Shown: piece after piece, positions 12,416-22,408 of the stretch
Layout of the letters: the number at the start of each line of letters is the position of its first letter
How positions within the stretch are numbered: the first letter of the stretch is position 1
Assembly (NCBI GenBank): GCA_002708105.2
Contig: PAOQ02000007.1
Location: 5,426 to 58,748, forward strand
Origin: a bacterium
GTDB lineage: Bacteria > Desulfobacterota_D > UBA1144
Reading direction: 5' to 3'
Length of the DNA stretch: 53,323 bases
The notes under the pieces: model-generated
Told to the model about the DNA's origin: nothing
Database searches by the model: none
What the model saw: the letters and a program-made list of their open reading frames with translations, nothing else
Made by a program: the position numbers and the translations under genes

Positions 12416-12975
12416 TGACAACGAGAGTTAGCTCAAAAGAAGATAGAAATTTTTCTTCTAATCTGAATAAAGAACCTAATATTCATCAAAGTGTTTTTAT
12501 AGCTGAAAATTCAAAAGTAATTGGCAATGTAAGTATAGAGGAAGATTCTAGTGTTTGGTTTAATTGTGTTTTAAGAGGAGATGGAAACTTTATTAGAATT
12601 GGAGAAAGAACCAACATCCAAGATGGAACTATAGTTCACATAGATTCGAAAAAATATCCTACAGACATAGGAAATGATGTAACTATAGGACACGGTTGCA
12701 TTATACATGCTACAACGATTAGAAGCAGGATACTGATAGGTATGGGAGCAATAGTGCTAGATGGTGCAGAAATTCGATGCAATGTTATTGTTGGAGCCGG
12801 ATCTCTAGTCCCACCTGGAGCTCTATTAGAGGCAGGTTTTATTTATATGGGCTCTCCATGCAAAAAAATTAGACCAATTAATGAGGATGACTATAAAATG
12901 ATTACTGGATCTGCAAAAGACTATGTAAAGTACAGTAAGTTTTATAAAGAAAAGTATGACATACGCTGCGGTTGA
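12415..12975 (+). CDS. Gamma carbonic anhydrase family (YrdA/CaiE-like) hexapeptide-repeat protein
   Basis: VLRGD, TNIQDG, three His ligands (IVH, IGH, IIH), left-handed beta-helix repeats. Confidence 0.9.
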   Translation: MTTRVSSKEDRNFSSNLNKEPNIHQSVFIAENSKVIGNVSIEEDSSVWFNCVLRGDGNFIRIGERTNIQDGTIVHIDSKKYPTDIGNDVTIGHGCIIHATTIRSRILIGMGAIVLDGAEIRCNVIVGAGSLVPPGALLEAGFIYMGSPCKKIRPINEDDYKMITGSAKDYVKYSKFYKEKYDIRCG

Positions 12976-13858
12976 TCTAGGAACGAATGCATTTAGACTT
13001 CTAATTGTTGATAAAAAAAGAAAAAAGGTTCTTAAAAGGTATAGCTCAATTATTGGACTTGGATCTTATATTTCTAAAACTAATATTTTAAGCCCACCAA
13101 AGTCATATTATAAGGTATTAGATAAAATTTTTAAGTATATAAAAGATTTTGAAGTTAAAAAAGTAAGAGTTGTTGGAACTAGTATTTTTAGAGATAGCGT
13201 AAACAAGGAGCAAATTCATCGAGATTTCTATAGAAGATATAAAGTTAAATTGGAAATCATTTCTCCATCTGTAGAAGCAAAATTAACTTCGATAGGTGCT
13301 CTACATCCACTGACTTTTAATAACGAAAATTGTTTAGTAATTGATATTGGTGGAGGAAGCACAGAAGTGGTTTTAGTAAAGGAATCGAAAATTAAAAAAT
13401 TTATATCAATGAAAATAGGAGTTGTTAGAGAATTTAACTTTTATAAGATATCAGATTTTATTGATACGACTTTTGAAAAAAGGATTTTTAATGATTTAGA
13501 GAAGAAAATCACAAGTTATAAATTTTTTAATAGCTTAAAAGATAATAAATTCAAAGTTGTTATGAACGGAGGAACTCCAACAACTCTTGCCGCAATTAAA
13601 TTAAAAATGAAAAAATACGATCCTAAACAGATTAATGGATATAAGTTATCTTCTAGTTATATTAAGTCAGTATTTAGATCTCTAATTGAAATGAAATCAG
13701 AAGACAGATTAAGAATATATGGGATGGAGAAAGGAAGAGAGATTGTAATAATTTATGGAGTATTTATTCTATTATCGTTACTTAAAATTTTAAAAAAAAG
13801 GATAGTTTACGTTTCAGATTCCGGCATTTTAGAAGGATTAATTCAAGAAATTAATTGA
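12956..13858 (+). CDS. ppx: Ppx/GppA family exopolyphosphatase (short form, no HD domain)
   Basis: AAVDLGTNAFRL, DIGGGSTE, GILEG. Confidence 0.85.
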   Translation: MTYAAVDLGTNAFRLLIVDKKRKKVLKRYSSIIGLGSYISKTNILSPPKSYYKVLDKIFKYIKDFEVKKVRVVGTSIFRDSVNKEQIHRDFYRRYKVKLEIISPSVEAKLTSIGALHPLTFNNENCLVIDIGGGSTEVVLVKESKIKKFISMKIGVVREFNFYKISDFIDTTFEKRIFNDLEKKITSYKFFNSLKDNKFKVVMNGGTPTTLAAIKLKMKKYDPKQINGYKLSSSYIKSVFRSLIEMKSEDRLRIYGMEKGREIVIIYGVFILLSLLKILKKRIVYVSDSGILEGLIQEIN

Positions 13859-13899
13859 TTTTTGAATTATGATGACTATATTCAAACTGAGGTTAAAAA

Positions 13900-14589
13900 A
13901 TGACTGAAGAAAAATCACAAGACAACAATGAAATAGAAGATATTAAATTGGAAATGAGTTTAGATACAAAGGAAAATCTAATAAAGCATTTGGAAGAGTT
14001 AAAATTAAAAAAGGAAGAGGCAATTCCTGATTTTGAATCTTATTCTTTTGATTTATTAAAGGATGAGGATAATAAGAAGGGAATAATTTTCTTTTTTAAA
14101 AACGAAGAGTCAATAAAAGAGATTACCTCTGTTGTTAAAGGAATTGAAGAGGCAAAGAAGGAAGTTAATGATAAATTATTAAGATTTGCAGCTGAATTCG
14201 AAAATTATAAAAAAAGAGTTTCTCAAGAAAAATCACAGTCAAACTTGTATACAAAAGATTTAATTTTTAAAGAATTATTAAATTTTATAGATAATTTTGA
14301 AAGAGGTTTATCATTGTATGAAGAAAAGGAATCTAATTCTGATTTTTTTAAAGGGATGAAAGCAGTTTTTAAAGAATGCGATAATTTTTTATCCAAAAAC
14401 AATATCAAAAGAATCGATACCCAGATTGGTGATGAATTTGATCCATCAATACATGAAGCAATTGAAATAAAAGAATCTAAAGAATTTTCTAAAGATAAAA
14501 TCGTTACTGTAATTCAGTCAGGTTATTTAAGCAATGACAAACTATTAAGACCTGTTATGGTTGTAGTTTCTACAGGAAGTGAAAGTTAA
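13900..14589 (+). CDS. grpE: Nucleotide exchange factor GrpE with N-terminal extension
   Basis: LRFAAEFENYKKR, FDPSIHEA, GY..LLRP.MV.V. Confidence 0.93.
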   Translation: MTEEKSQDNNEIEDIKLEMSLDTKENLIKHLEELKLKKEEAIPDFESYSFDLLKDEDNKKGIIFFFKNEESIKEITSVVKGIEEAKKEVNDKLLRFAAEFENYKKRVSQEKSQSNLYTKDLIFKELLNFIDNFERGLSLYEEKESNSDFFKGMKAVFKECDNFLSKNNIKRIDTQIGDEFDPSIHEAIEIKESKEFSKDKIVTVIQSGYLSNDKLLRPVMVVVSTGSES

Positions 14590-15659
14590 TGGCTAGTAAA
14601 GATTTTTATTCAACATTAGGCGTTTCAAAAAATTCTTCTGACGAGGAAATTAAGAAGTCATATAAAAAACTAGCATTTAAATATCATCCCGATAGAAATA
14701 AGGGTGATAAAAAATCTGAGGAAAAATTTAAAGAAATAAACGAAGCTTATCAAATATTAGGTGATCCAGAGAAAAGATCTCAATATGACGCATATGGATC
14801 ATCTGCTTTTGAAGGTGGTGGGCCGGGAGGCTTTCCAGGAGGAGGTTTTCCAGGTGGTGGTTTTGCTGGTGGCGGAATAAATATAGAAGATCTCATGGAT
14901 GAGTTTTTAGGTGGTGGCAGAGGACGAAGCAGAAGATCATCTAGGGAAAGAAATCAAAGTCCTCGAGGAAGAGATTTAAAATATGATTTAAATCTAGAGT
15001 TTGATCAAGCTGTTAAAGGTACAAAAATGAATGTCCAGGTTAGAAGGGCAAAAAGTTACAAATCTTGTAATGCTTGTGGTGGATCAGGGCAAGTAAATTA
15101 TTCTCAAGGATTTTTTTCCGTTAGTAGAGGTTGTGATTCATGTGGAGGTATTGGAGCTTTTCCTGAAGATACTGAGCATAAGTCAGTTGAAGTTAAAATT
15201 CCACCCGGTGTAGACAATGGTACACAATTAAGGATAAGGAACGAAGGTGATGTAGGATTAAACTCTGGGCCAAATGGCGACTTGTATATTAATATATCAG
15301 TCAAAGACCATCCCCTGTTTGAAAGAGAAGGTCACAACTTAGTTTGTGAAGTACCAATAAGTGTGCCAAATGCTGTGATTGGTGGAAAAATTGATATACC
15401 AACATTAGACGGTAAATCAGAATTAAAAATTCCGGCTGGAATTCAGCCCGGACAAATCATGAGGCTTAAAGGTAAGGGGATCAAGGATTTACATTCAACA
15501 GATATAGGTGATTTGTATGTAAAATTAAATATTATTATTCCTAAAAGAACTAATGCAAAACAGAAAAAGTTAATGGAAGACTTCCAAAAGGAAATTGATA
15601 AAGATGCATCTAATCCATTCTCAGACTACTTAAACACTATTAAAGATTTTTTTAGTTAA
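14589..15659 (+). CDS. dnaJ: Chaperone DnaJ with half-size Zn finger
   Basis: J-domain HPD, G/F-rich region, only two CxxCxGxG repeats, C-terminal substrate domain. Confidence 0.93.
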   Translation: MASKDFYSTLGVSKNSSDEEIKKSYKKLAFKYHPDRNKGDKKSEEKFKEINEAYQILGDPEKRSQYDAYGSSAFEGGGPGGFPGGGFPGGGFAGGGINIEDLMDEFLGGGRGRSRRSSRERNQSPRGRDLKYDLNLEFDQAVKGTKMNVQVRRAKSYKSCNACGGSGQVNYSQGFFSVSRGCDSCGGIGAFPEDTEHKSVEVKIPPGVDNGTQLRIRNEGDVGLNSGPNGDLYINISVKDHPLFEREGHNLVCEVPISVPNAVIGGKIDIPTLDGKSELKIPAGIQPGQIMRLKGKGIKDLHSTDIGDLYVKLNIIIPKRTNAKQKKLMEDFQKEIDKDASNPFSDYLNTIKDFFS

Positions 15660-15930
15660 CTCCACCAGCAATAGCAGGAATTATAGATACTGTATCGTTC
15701 TCACTAATCTCAGAATCAGGGCCTTTTAGGAATCTAATATCTTCCTCGTTTATATAAATATTAATAAACTTCCTGATTTCTCCATTTTCGTCACATAGTC
15801 TGTCTTTTATTCCAGGGAACTCAGATTCAAGGTCTGCGATCATCTGAGTAACAGAGCTTGATTGCAAAGAAACCTCATCTTTTTCATTGGTAAGTCTTCT
15901 AAGAGGGGTTGGTATTTTTACTATAGCCAT
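15652..15930 (-). CDS. MoaD/ThiS/CysO-family ubiquitin-like sulfur carrier with GG-VN C-terminus
   Basis: VKIPTPLR, FINIYINEEDIRF, IIPAIAGG followed by VN; GGAG SD; 9 nt after the thrC-like gene. Confidence 0.92.
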   Translation of the reverse strand: MAIVKIPTPLRRLTNEKDEVSLQSSSVTQMIADLESEFPGIKDRLCDENGEIRKFINIYINEEDIRFLKGPDSEISENDTVSIIPAIAGGVN

Positions 15931-15939
15931 TAAATTCTC

Positions 15940-17175
15940 CTAACCAAAGATTTTATTAAAATCTTCTATCCTTGGTTCTATTATATATGGTTTTGTTATA
16001 TTATTCACTAACGGATCCTGGGTTTTTAAACCATTACCTGTTATTACTAATACAAGAGATTCATTTCTTGGTAACTTCCCAGATTCAATCATTTTCTTCG
16101 CACAAGCAAGGGTTACACCACCTGCAGTTTCAGTAAAAATACCTTCAGTTTCTGCTAATAGCTTCATTGCATCAACAATCTCAGGATCTGATACATCCTC
16201 TGAATAAGAGTTGATTGAATTTAATAAATTAATTGCATTAATACCATCTGCTGGATTACCTATTGCAAGTGACTTTGCAATCGTTTTTGGTTTTACTGGC
16301 TTAAAGACAGGCCATTTATTTTTAACTGCGGTTGAGATTGGAGAGCAGCCTGTGGCCTGAGCTCCAAATATTTTTGTATCATTTGGCTCTATAAATCCTA
16401 AGTCTTCAAACTCTTTTATAGATTTGTATATTTTAGTCAGCAATGATCCACTTGCCATGCAAACCACGATATTCTTTGGTGCTTTCCAGCCTAGTTGTTC
16501 AATTATTTCGTACCCAACCGTTTTTGAACCTTCTGCATAATATGTTCTCAGGTTAATATTCACGAAGCCCCAATTTTTTGAACCTAAAACTTCGGTGCAC
16601 AATCTGTTTACATCATCATATGCTCCATTTATAGCTATAACTTCTGATCCATATACTGAAGTTCCTATAACTTTTGATTCCTCTAAATCTGAAGGTATAA
16701 ATATAAAACTTTTTAGATTAGCTCTGGTTGCATTTGCAGCGACTGAATTAGCAAGGTTCCCAGTAGAAGCACATCCTACTGTGTCATAACCAAGCTCCTT
16801 AGCTTTAGAAAGGGCAACAGATACAACTCTGTCTTTAAATGACAGGGTTGGGAAAGAAACGCCATCATTTTTTATGTATAATTCATCAACGCCTAATTTT
16901 TTACCAAGATTTTCTGCTTTTATAAGTGGAGTAAAACCAGAGTTTAATCCTACAGTTGGTGCAGAATCTAATGGTAATAGTTCTCTGTATCTCCAAAGAT
17001 TTTTATCTCTTTTAAGTATTTTTTCAATTGTAAGATCCTTCTTTATTTTTTTATAGTCATAATTGACCTCTAATGGCCCAAAGCAGAATTCACAAACATA
17101 ATTTGCTTTTTTTTCATATTCTTTACCACAATTTTTGTCGGCACAACGAAGGTTTACCACACATGAGTTAGACAT
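15940..17175 (-). CDS. Threonine-synthase-like PLP enzyme (possibly O-phosphohomoserine sulfhydrylase)
   Basis: N-terminal Cys motifs, PTLSFKDR PLP lysine, CASTGNLA, ITGNGLK; specificity inferred from context only. Confidence 0.85.
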   Translation of the reverse strand: MSNSCVVNLRCADKNCGKEYEKKANYVCEFCFGPLEVNYDYKKIKKDLTIEKILKRDKNLWRYRELLPLDSAPTVGLNSGFTPLIKAENLGKKLGVDELYIKNDGVSFPTLSFKDRVVSVALSKAKELGYDTVGCASTGNLANSVAANATRANLKSFIFIPSDLEESKVIGTSVYGSEVIAINGAYDDVNRLCTEVLGSKNWGFVNINLRTYYAEGSKTVGYEIIEQLGWKAPKNIVVCMASGSLLTKIYKSIKEFEDLGFIEPNDTKIFGAQATGCSPISTAVKNKWPVFKPVKPKTIAKSLAIGNPADGINAINLLNSINSYSEDVSDPEIVDAMKLLAETEGIFTETAGGVTLACAKKMIESGKLPRNESLVLVITGNGLKTQDPLVNNITKPYIIEPRIEDFNKIFG

Positions 17176-17237
17176 AAAAAACTCCTAAAATTTAAATGTA
17201 ACTCAAGAGGAAAGACATATAGGCAAGAATGTCCTTT

Positions 17238-17289
17238 CTCTGTTTAGCAGTTATTTTATGTCGCTGCAATTAGAGTTAAATGACGACAT
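17238..17289 (-). ncRNA. SAM-II/SAM-V-clan riboswitch aptamer (H-type pseudoknot)
   Basis: Minus strand reads AUGUCGU-CAUUUAA-CUCU-AA-UUGCA-GCGACAU-AAAAUAAC-UGC-U-AA-AC-AGAG. P1 AUGUCGU/GCGACAU; UUU triplex loop; UUGCA/UGC(U)AA and CUCU/AGAG pseudoknot helices, as in metX SAM-II and metY SAM-V RNAs. Confidence 0.8.
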
Positions 17290-17294
17290 TAATA

Positions 17295-17323
17295 ATTATA
17301 GTATTAATTTATAAAAAAAACAA
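17295..17323 (-). promoter_or_regulatory. Putative sigma70 promoter of the riboswitch/thrC-like transcript
   Basis: Minus strand TTGTTT-17 nt-TATAAT ends about 5 nt before the aptamer 5' end. Confidence 0.5.
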
Positions 17324-17357
17324 TAAAGTCTAATTATTAAAGAGGTATACTAAAAAA

Positions 17358-18164
17358 ATGTATGAAAGTATAATTGACGACAATTTTATAATTTACAGAT
17401 TTTTGGTTAAGAATAGCGATAGAAACGTTAATTATCTTATAGCATGTAAGAAAACACTTAATTGCGTCATTATCGATCCACTAGACAAGGATGGAATTGA
17501 AGAAATAATAAATAATAATTCTCTTAATCCAATCTATGTTTTTAATACTCATGCACATCCTGATCACATAAAAGAAAATAGCTTTTTTCTAAATAAATAT
17601 AATTGTAAATTGCTAGCGCACATTGATTGTAAAAACTTGTTTGAATTTGAATTTCAGAATGTCTTTGAAAATGATGTAATCAAACTCGGTGATTTGAACC
17701 TTAAAGTTTTGCATACTCCAGGACATTGTCATGAACACATATCTCTCATATTAGGAGAATACTTTTTATGTGGTGATTTAATTTTTAATCTTGGTGTAGG
17801 AAATGTAAAATTTCGGGGAGATGTTTCTATGTTGTTTAGAACTATAACCCATAAGGTAAAAAATCTTCCAGATGATTTAAAGCTATTACCAGGTCACGAT
17901 TACCTTGCGAATAACATTAACTTTTTACAATCAATTTATTCTGATTCAGAAGTTATTGACGATGAATTGTCTGATTTGTTAAATCAATTCAGTTCGGAGA
18001 AGCTAAGCCCAATTTTTGATTTAAAATTTGAGAAAAAATATAATCCATTTTTAAGAATAGATGAGTTTACCTTTTTAGATTTTTTAGATAAAAAAGATTT
18101 ATTTAAGAATGAGAATATTGAATTTAGATTTAGATTATTGAGGCAACTAAGAGATGAGCACTAA
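17358..18164 (+). CDS. Metallo-beta-lactamase-fold hydrolase, glyoxalase II (GloB)-like
   Basis: THAHPDH, HTPGH, GD..F, PGHDY, NPF. Confidence 0.85.
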   Translation: MYESIIDDNFIIYRFLVKNSDRNVNYLIACKKTLNCVIIDPLDKDGIEEIINNNSLNPIYVFNTHAHPDHIKENSFFLNKYNCKLLAHIDCKNLFEFEFQNVFENDVIKLGDLNLKVLHTPGHCHEHISLILGEYFLCGDLIFNLGVGNVKFRGDVSMLFRTITHKVKNLPDDLKLLPGHDYLANNINFLQSIYSDSEVIDDELSDLLNQFSSEKLSPIFDLKFEKKYNPFLRIDEFTFLDFLDKKDLFKNENIEFRFRLLRQLRDEH

Positions 18165-21100
18165 ATTAACTAAAACTAAAGTCTTTTCATATTTAGATGA
18201 GTTATCGTCAGAAAGAATAGTCTATATGGACGGTGCAATGGGAACAATGATACAAAAGTATCGTTTTGAAGAGAGTGACTATAGAGGATTAAAGTTTCAA
18301 AATCATAAAATAGATTTAAAGGGAAACAACGATATTTTAAATATAACAAATATGGAAGCCATAAAAGATATCCATAAGCAGTACATCTTGTCGGGTTCTG
18401 ATATTATTGAAACTAATACATTTAATGGTACTTCGATAGCACAGTATGATTACAATTTAGAAAATTATGCTGCAGATATTAATATATTTGGAGTAAGAGC
18501 TGTTAAAGAAGCTATTGCTGAAACTTCGGACATGGTGAATGGAAGAAAGATTTTAATTGCTGGTGCATTAGGCCCAACTAATAGAACTGCATCAATTTCT
18601 CCAGATGTTGAAGATCCCAGCGCAAGAAATGTTTCTTTTGATGAACTCTCAGAAGCTTATTATAATCAAGCTAAAACTCTATACGAGTCTGGCGTTGATA
18701 TTCTATTGCCTGAGACTACTTTTGATACTTTAAATTTAAAGGCAGCTATATTTGGGATTCGCCAATTGTTTAATGAGGTATCTATTGAGCTACCTCTCTT
18801 TTTATCTGTAACTTTTTCTGATAAATCTGGAAGGACACTTTCTGGTCAAACTATAGAGGCATTTTGGGAGTCTATTAGACATTCTAATCCCTACGCAGTA
18901 GGTATGAATTGTGGCCTTGGAGCCGCTTCTCTTTATGACTACATGAAGACTCTCTCTAATGTTGCTGATTCGAAAATTTTTTGTTATCCAAATGCCGGCT
19001 TACCAAATCCCTTATCTGAAACCGGATATGATGAGACTCCTGATATGACGGCAAAAGATCTTGAATTATTTGCAAAAGAGAGCCTTGTTAATTTTGTAGG
19101 TGGATGCTGTGGTACCACCCCTGATCATATACAAGCAATAGTACAAAAATTAAGTGAATATAAGGGGAGAGCTAATTCTACAAGAGATAGTTTTTCAACG
19201 TATAGCGGTTTAGAACTATTAAAAAAAGATGATATTAATAATTTTCTATTGGTTGGCGAAAGAAGTAATGTGACAGGATCACCTAAGTTTTCAAGGCTTA
19301 TAAAAGATGGAGATTTTGAAGGTGCATTAGAAATAGCTAAGCAACAAGTTGAGAACGGTGCGCATATTATAGATATTAATTTCGATGAAGGATTAATAGA
19401 CAGTGAGGCATGCATGATAAAATTTTTAAATCTTGTTGCCTCTGAGCCTGATATATCAAGAGTTCCAATAATGATTGATAGCTCTAAATGGTCTGTTATT
19501 GAAGAAGGTTTAAAATGTATTCAAGGTAGAGGAATAGTAAATTCTATAAGTTTAAAAGAAGGGGAGGAAGAATTTCTTAAACAAGCAGAAAAGATATTGG
19601 AATATGGTGCCTCTGTTGTGGTAATGGCTTTTGATGAATCTGGACAAGCAACAGAGACTGATCATAAAGTTGCTATATCTAAAAGAGCTTATAATATTCT
19701 GGTTAACAAAGTTGGATTTTCTCCCGAAGATATAATTTTTGATTCCAATATTTTAACGATTGGAACAGGAATAGATGAACATAAAAATTACGCTGTTAAT
19801 TTCTTAGATGCGATACCTCTAATAAAAAAAGAATGTCCTGGATCCTTAACAAGTGGAGGTTTAAGTAATCTTTCTTTTGCTTTTAGAGGAAATAATAAAG
19901 TAAGAGAGGCTATGCATTCTGTGTTTTTATTTCATGCAATTAACAAAGGTTTAGATATGGCAATTGTGAACGCTGGAATGTTGGAGGTTTATGAGGAGAT
20001 TGATAAAGATTTGTTACATATTATTGAGAACGTAATCTTTAATAAATCAGATGATTCAACTGAAGTTTTGATTAATTATGCAAGCAAGCTTACTTCAAAT
20101 CAATCTAGCCAGGAAAAAGAAGAAGAATGGATGAGTTTTGATTTAGAGAAAAGAATCGCACACCAAGTAATAAAAGGTTTAACGTCAAATATTGAAAATG
20201 ACGTTGAGGAAGCTAGATTAAAATATACTTCCCCTCTAGAAGTAATAGAGGGCCCATTAATGGATGGAATGAAAATTGTAGGAACTCTATTTGGCGAAGG
20301 AAAAATGTTTTTGCCTCAAGTAGTTAAAAGCGCTAGATCTATGAAAAAAGCAGTTAATTATTTAGAGCCATTTATGGAAAAGGATAAAAATAATGTTTCT
20401 GGAATTGGAAAAATTCTAATAGCCACTGTTAAAGGCGATGTTCATGATATTGGTAAAAATATAGTTTCTGTTGTTGCAAGATGTAATGGATATCAAGTAG
20501 AGGATATGGGAGTAATGATCTCATGCGCAGATATTATTGATAGAGCTAAGGATTTAAAGCCAGACATAATTGGACTAAGCGGACTTATTACACCGTCATT
20601 AGATGAAATGATTACAAATGTTTCAGAGTTTGAAAAAAATGGGATTAACATCCCGGTTCTAATTGGTGGAGCAACTACAAGTAAAGCTCATACAGCATTA
20701 AAAATTGCACCAAAGTATCCTAATGAAGTAGTTGTCCATGTTCCAGATGCTTCATTAGTTGTAGGAGTTTGCAAAGATTTGTTAAGTCCAAAAAATAATA
20801 CTGAATTTAAAGATAATATAAAGAAAAGCCAGGTTGAGTTTGCTTCAAACTATAACAAAAATAAAAAAATAAAATTTCTATCTCTAGATGAGGCAAGAAA
20901 CAATAAGCTAAAAATAAATTTTAAGAAAATAAATAATAAAATTAATGATTATTCAGAAAAAAAATGGGAGTTTGATATTAATGAGATTATTCAATATATT
21001 GATTGGTCACCTTTTTTCTGGACATGGGAGCTTAAAGGTGTTTATCCTAATATCTTCCGTAATAAAAAATATGGCACCCAGGCTAAAGAATTATTTATAG

Positions 21101-21828
21101 ATGCAGAAAAAATTTTAAAAAGAATGATTTCCGAAAAAGTTTTGTCATTAAAGGGTTTGTCAAAAATATGGAATGCATACTCCATTGATGAGGACATTGT
21201 TTTAATTGATAAGAATGGAATAGAAATTGAAACATTAAATTTTCTTAGACAGCAGGCTGATAAAAGTACAAAAAATTCTAAATACTATTGTCTCTCAGAT
21301 TTTGTATCAGATAAGAAATCTGATGATGATATATTGGGAGCCTTTGCTGTTACTGCAGGGAAAGAAGTTGAAGAATATGCCTCTAGTTTTGAGTTAAAGG
21401 GGGATGATTACTCATCTATAATGATTAAAGCTATAGGAGATAGATTGGCTGAAGCATGTTCAGAGTTTCTACATTATAAAATTCGGATCTTAAATGGTGA
21501 AAACGAAGATTTTAATCTTAAATCCTTAATAAAAGAGGAGTATTCTGGAATAAGGCCTGCGCATGGGTATCCATCCATTCCTGATCACTCTGAAAAAAGT
21601 AAAATATGGTCATTGCTAGAAGTAGAGAAAAATATTGGTGCCTCGTTAACAGAAAATTTTGCTTTAAATCCTCCTTCCTCAATTTGCGGTCTTTATTTCT
21701 TTAACCCAGAAGCTAGATACTTTAATCTAGGAAAAATTAATAATTCGCAATTTGAGATATATGCAAACAAAAAAGGTTATAATATTGAAAGGATGAGAAG
21801 TTTGCTTCAAAATAATTTAATAGATTAA
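18154..21828 (+). CDS. metH: Cobalamin-dependent methionine synthase
   Basis: 1224 aa; [15 protein letters not shown], pterin domain, B12 motif [10 protein letters not shown]-terminal activation domain. Confidence 0.97.
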   Translation: MSTKLTKTKVFSYLDELSSERIVYMDGAMGTMIQKYRFEESDYRGLKFQNHKIDLKGNNDILNITNMEAIKDIHKQYILSGSDIIETNTFNGTSIAQYDYNLENYAADINIFGVRAVKEAIAETSDMVNGRKILIAGALGPTNRTASISPDVEDPSARNVSFDELSEAYYNQAKTLYESGVDILLPETTFDTLNLKAAIFGIRQLFNEVSIELPLFLSVTFSDKSGRTLSGQTIEAFWESIRHSNPYAVGMNCGLGAASLYDYMKTLSNVADSKIFCYPNAGLPNPLSETGYDETPDMTAKDLELFAKESLVNFVGGCCGTTPDHIQAIVQKLSEYKGRANSTRDSFSTYSGLELLKKDDINNFLLVGERSNVTGSPKFSRLIKDGDFEGALEIAKQQVENGAHIIDINFDEGLIDSEACMIKFLNLVASEPDISRVPIMIDSSKWSVIEEGLKCIQGRGIVNSISLKEGEEEFLKQAEKILEYGASVVVMAFDESGQATETDHKVAISKRAYNILVNKVGFSPEDIIFDSNILTIGTGIDEHKNYAVNFLDAIPLIKKECPGSLTSGGLSNLSFAFRGNNKVREAMHSVFLFHAINKGLDMAIVNAGMLEVYEEIDKDLLHIIENVIFNKSDDSTEVLINYASKLTSNQSSQEKEEEWMSFDLEKRIAHQVIKGLTSNIENDVEEARLKYTSPLEVIEGPLMDGMKIVGTLFGEGKMFLPQVVKSARSMKKAVNYLEPFMEKDKNNVSGIGKILIATVKGDVHDIGKNIVSVVARCNGYQVEDMGVMISCADIIDRAKDLKPDIIGLSGLITPSLDEMITNVSEFEKNGINIPVLIGGATTSKAHTALKIAPKYPNEVVVHVPDASLVVGVCKDLLSPKNNTEFKDNIKKSQVEFASNYNKNKKIKFLSLDEARNNKLKINFKKINNKINDYSEKKWEFDINEIIQYIDWSPFFWTWELKGVYPNIFRNKKYGTQAKELFIDAEKILKRMISEKVLSLKGLSKIWNAYSIDEDIVLIDKNGIEIETLNFLRQQADKSTKNSKYYCLSDFVSDKKSDDDILGAFAVTAGKEVEEYASSFELKGDDYSSIMIKAIGDRLAEACSEFLHYKIRILNGENEDFNLKSLIKEEYSGIRPAHGYPSIPDHSEKSKIWSLLEVEKNIGASLTENFALNPPSSICGLYFFNPEARYFNLGKINNSQFEIYANKKGYNIERMRSLLQNNLID

Positions 21829-22331
21829 TGACTATAGATGATTTATTAAAATTAAAGAATGATACTTCAAGTTTAACAGATGAATGGGTTGATTCTGCAA
21901 ATAACGCTTTAGAAGTTTTAAATGATGCTAAGCTAAATGATGATGATTTAAAGAATATCTTTCAATCATCTTCATCTCCAAAGGTTTTTAAAAACTTTGT
22001 CAGATTATTATACTCAGAATCAAAAAAGCCAAATATACCAGTAAAATCATTCGATAAAATAAAGCAATATTCAAAAGGCTTATCATATGATGGTAGGGCG
22101 AAAAATTATACAATTAAAGAATATTCAATTTCATCTTGGCTCGATTCAATTGATGCTGTATCTGATTGGTTGGACGAGAATGAATTGGAAGCAGATCTCT
22201 CATCTATTGTTGACTATATCGCTTGCTCAACAGAAACAGTTAATCTTGCATCAGATAATCTAGAACTTGTGGAGATTGTATCTGATTTCTTAAAAGATTT
22301 TGGTTTTGAAAGATCTTTGAAAATAAAATAG
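21828..22331 (+). CDS. Hypothetical acidic, helical protein coupled to metH (TAATG overlap)
   Basis: 167 aa ORF; no family recognised. Confidence 0.75.
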   Translation: MTIDDLLKLKNDTSSLTDEWVDSANNALEVLNDAKLNDDDLKNIFQSSSSPKVFKNFVRLLYSESKKPNIPVKSFDKIKQYSKGLSYDGRAKNYTIKEYSISSWLDSIDAVSDWLDENELEADLSSIVDYIACSTETVNLASDNLELVEIVSDFLKDFGFERSLKIK

Positions 22332-22408
22332 GCTCTTTTAATTTCTGCTTCTATAGGTATTGATTCGTTATTATATAACTACAGGTATACTTAACTAGCA
22401 ATTTAGTT

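Noticed and set aside
14812-14876. GGN/TTT-CCA-GGN repeats in dnaJ
   Set aside because: They encode the ordinary G/F-rich linker (GGFPGGGFPGGGF), not a DNA repeat element.
15940-17175. Assigning the symbol thrC
   Set aside because: The family is clear, but the SAM leader and sulfur-carrier partner make threonine synthase function uncertain.
17290-17357. Cobalamin riboswitch ahead of gloB-like/metH
   Set aside because: The region is short and AT-rich with no B12-box; the gene appears leaderless.
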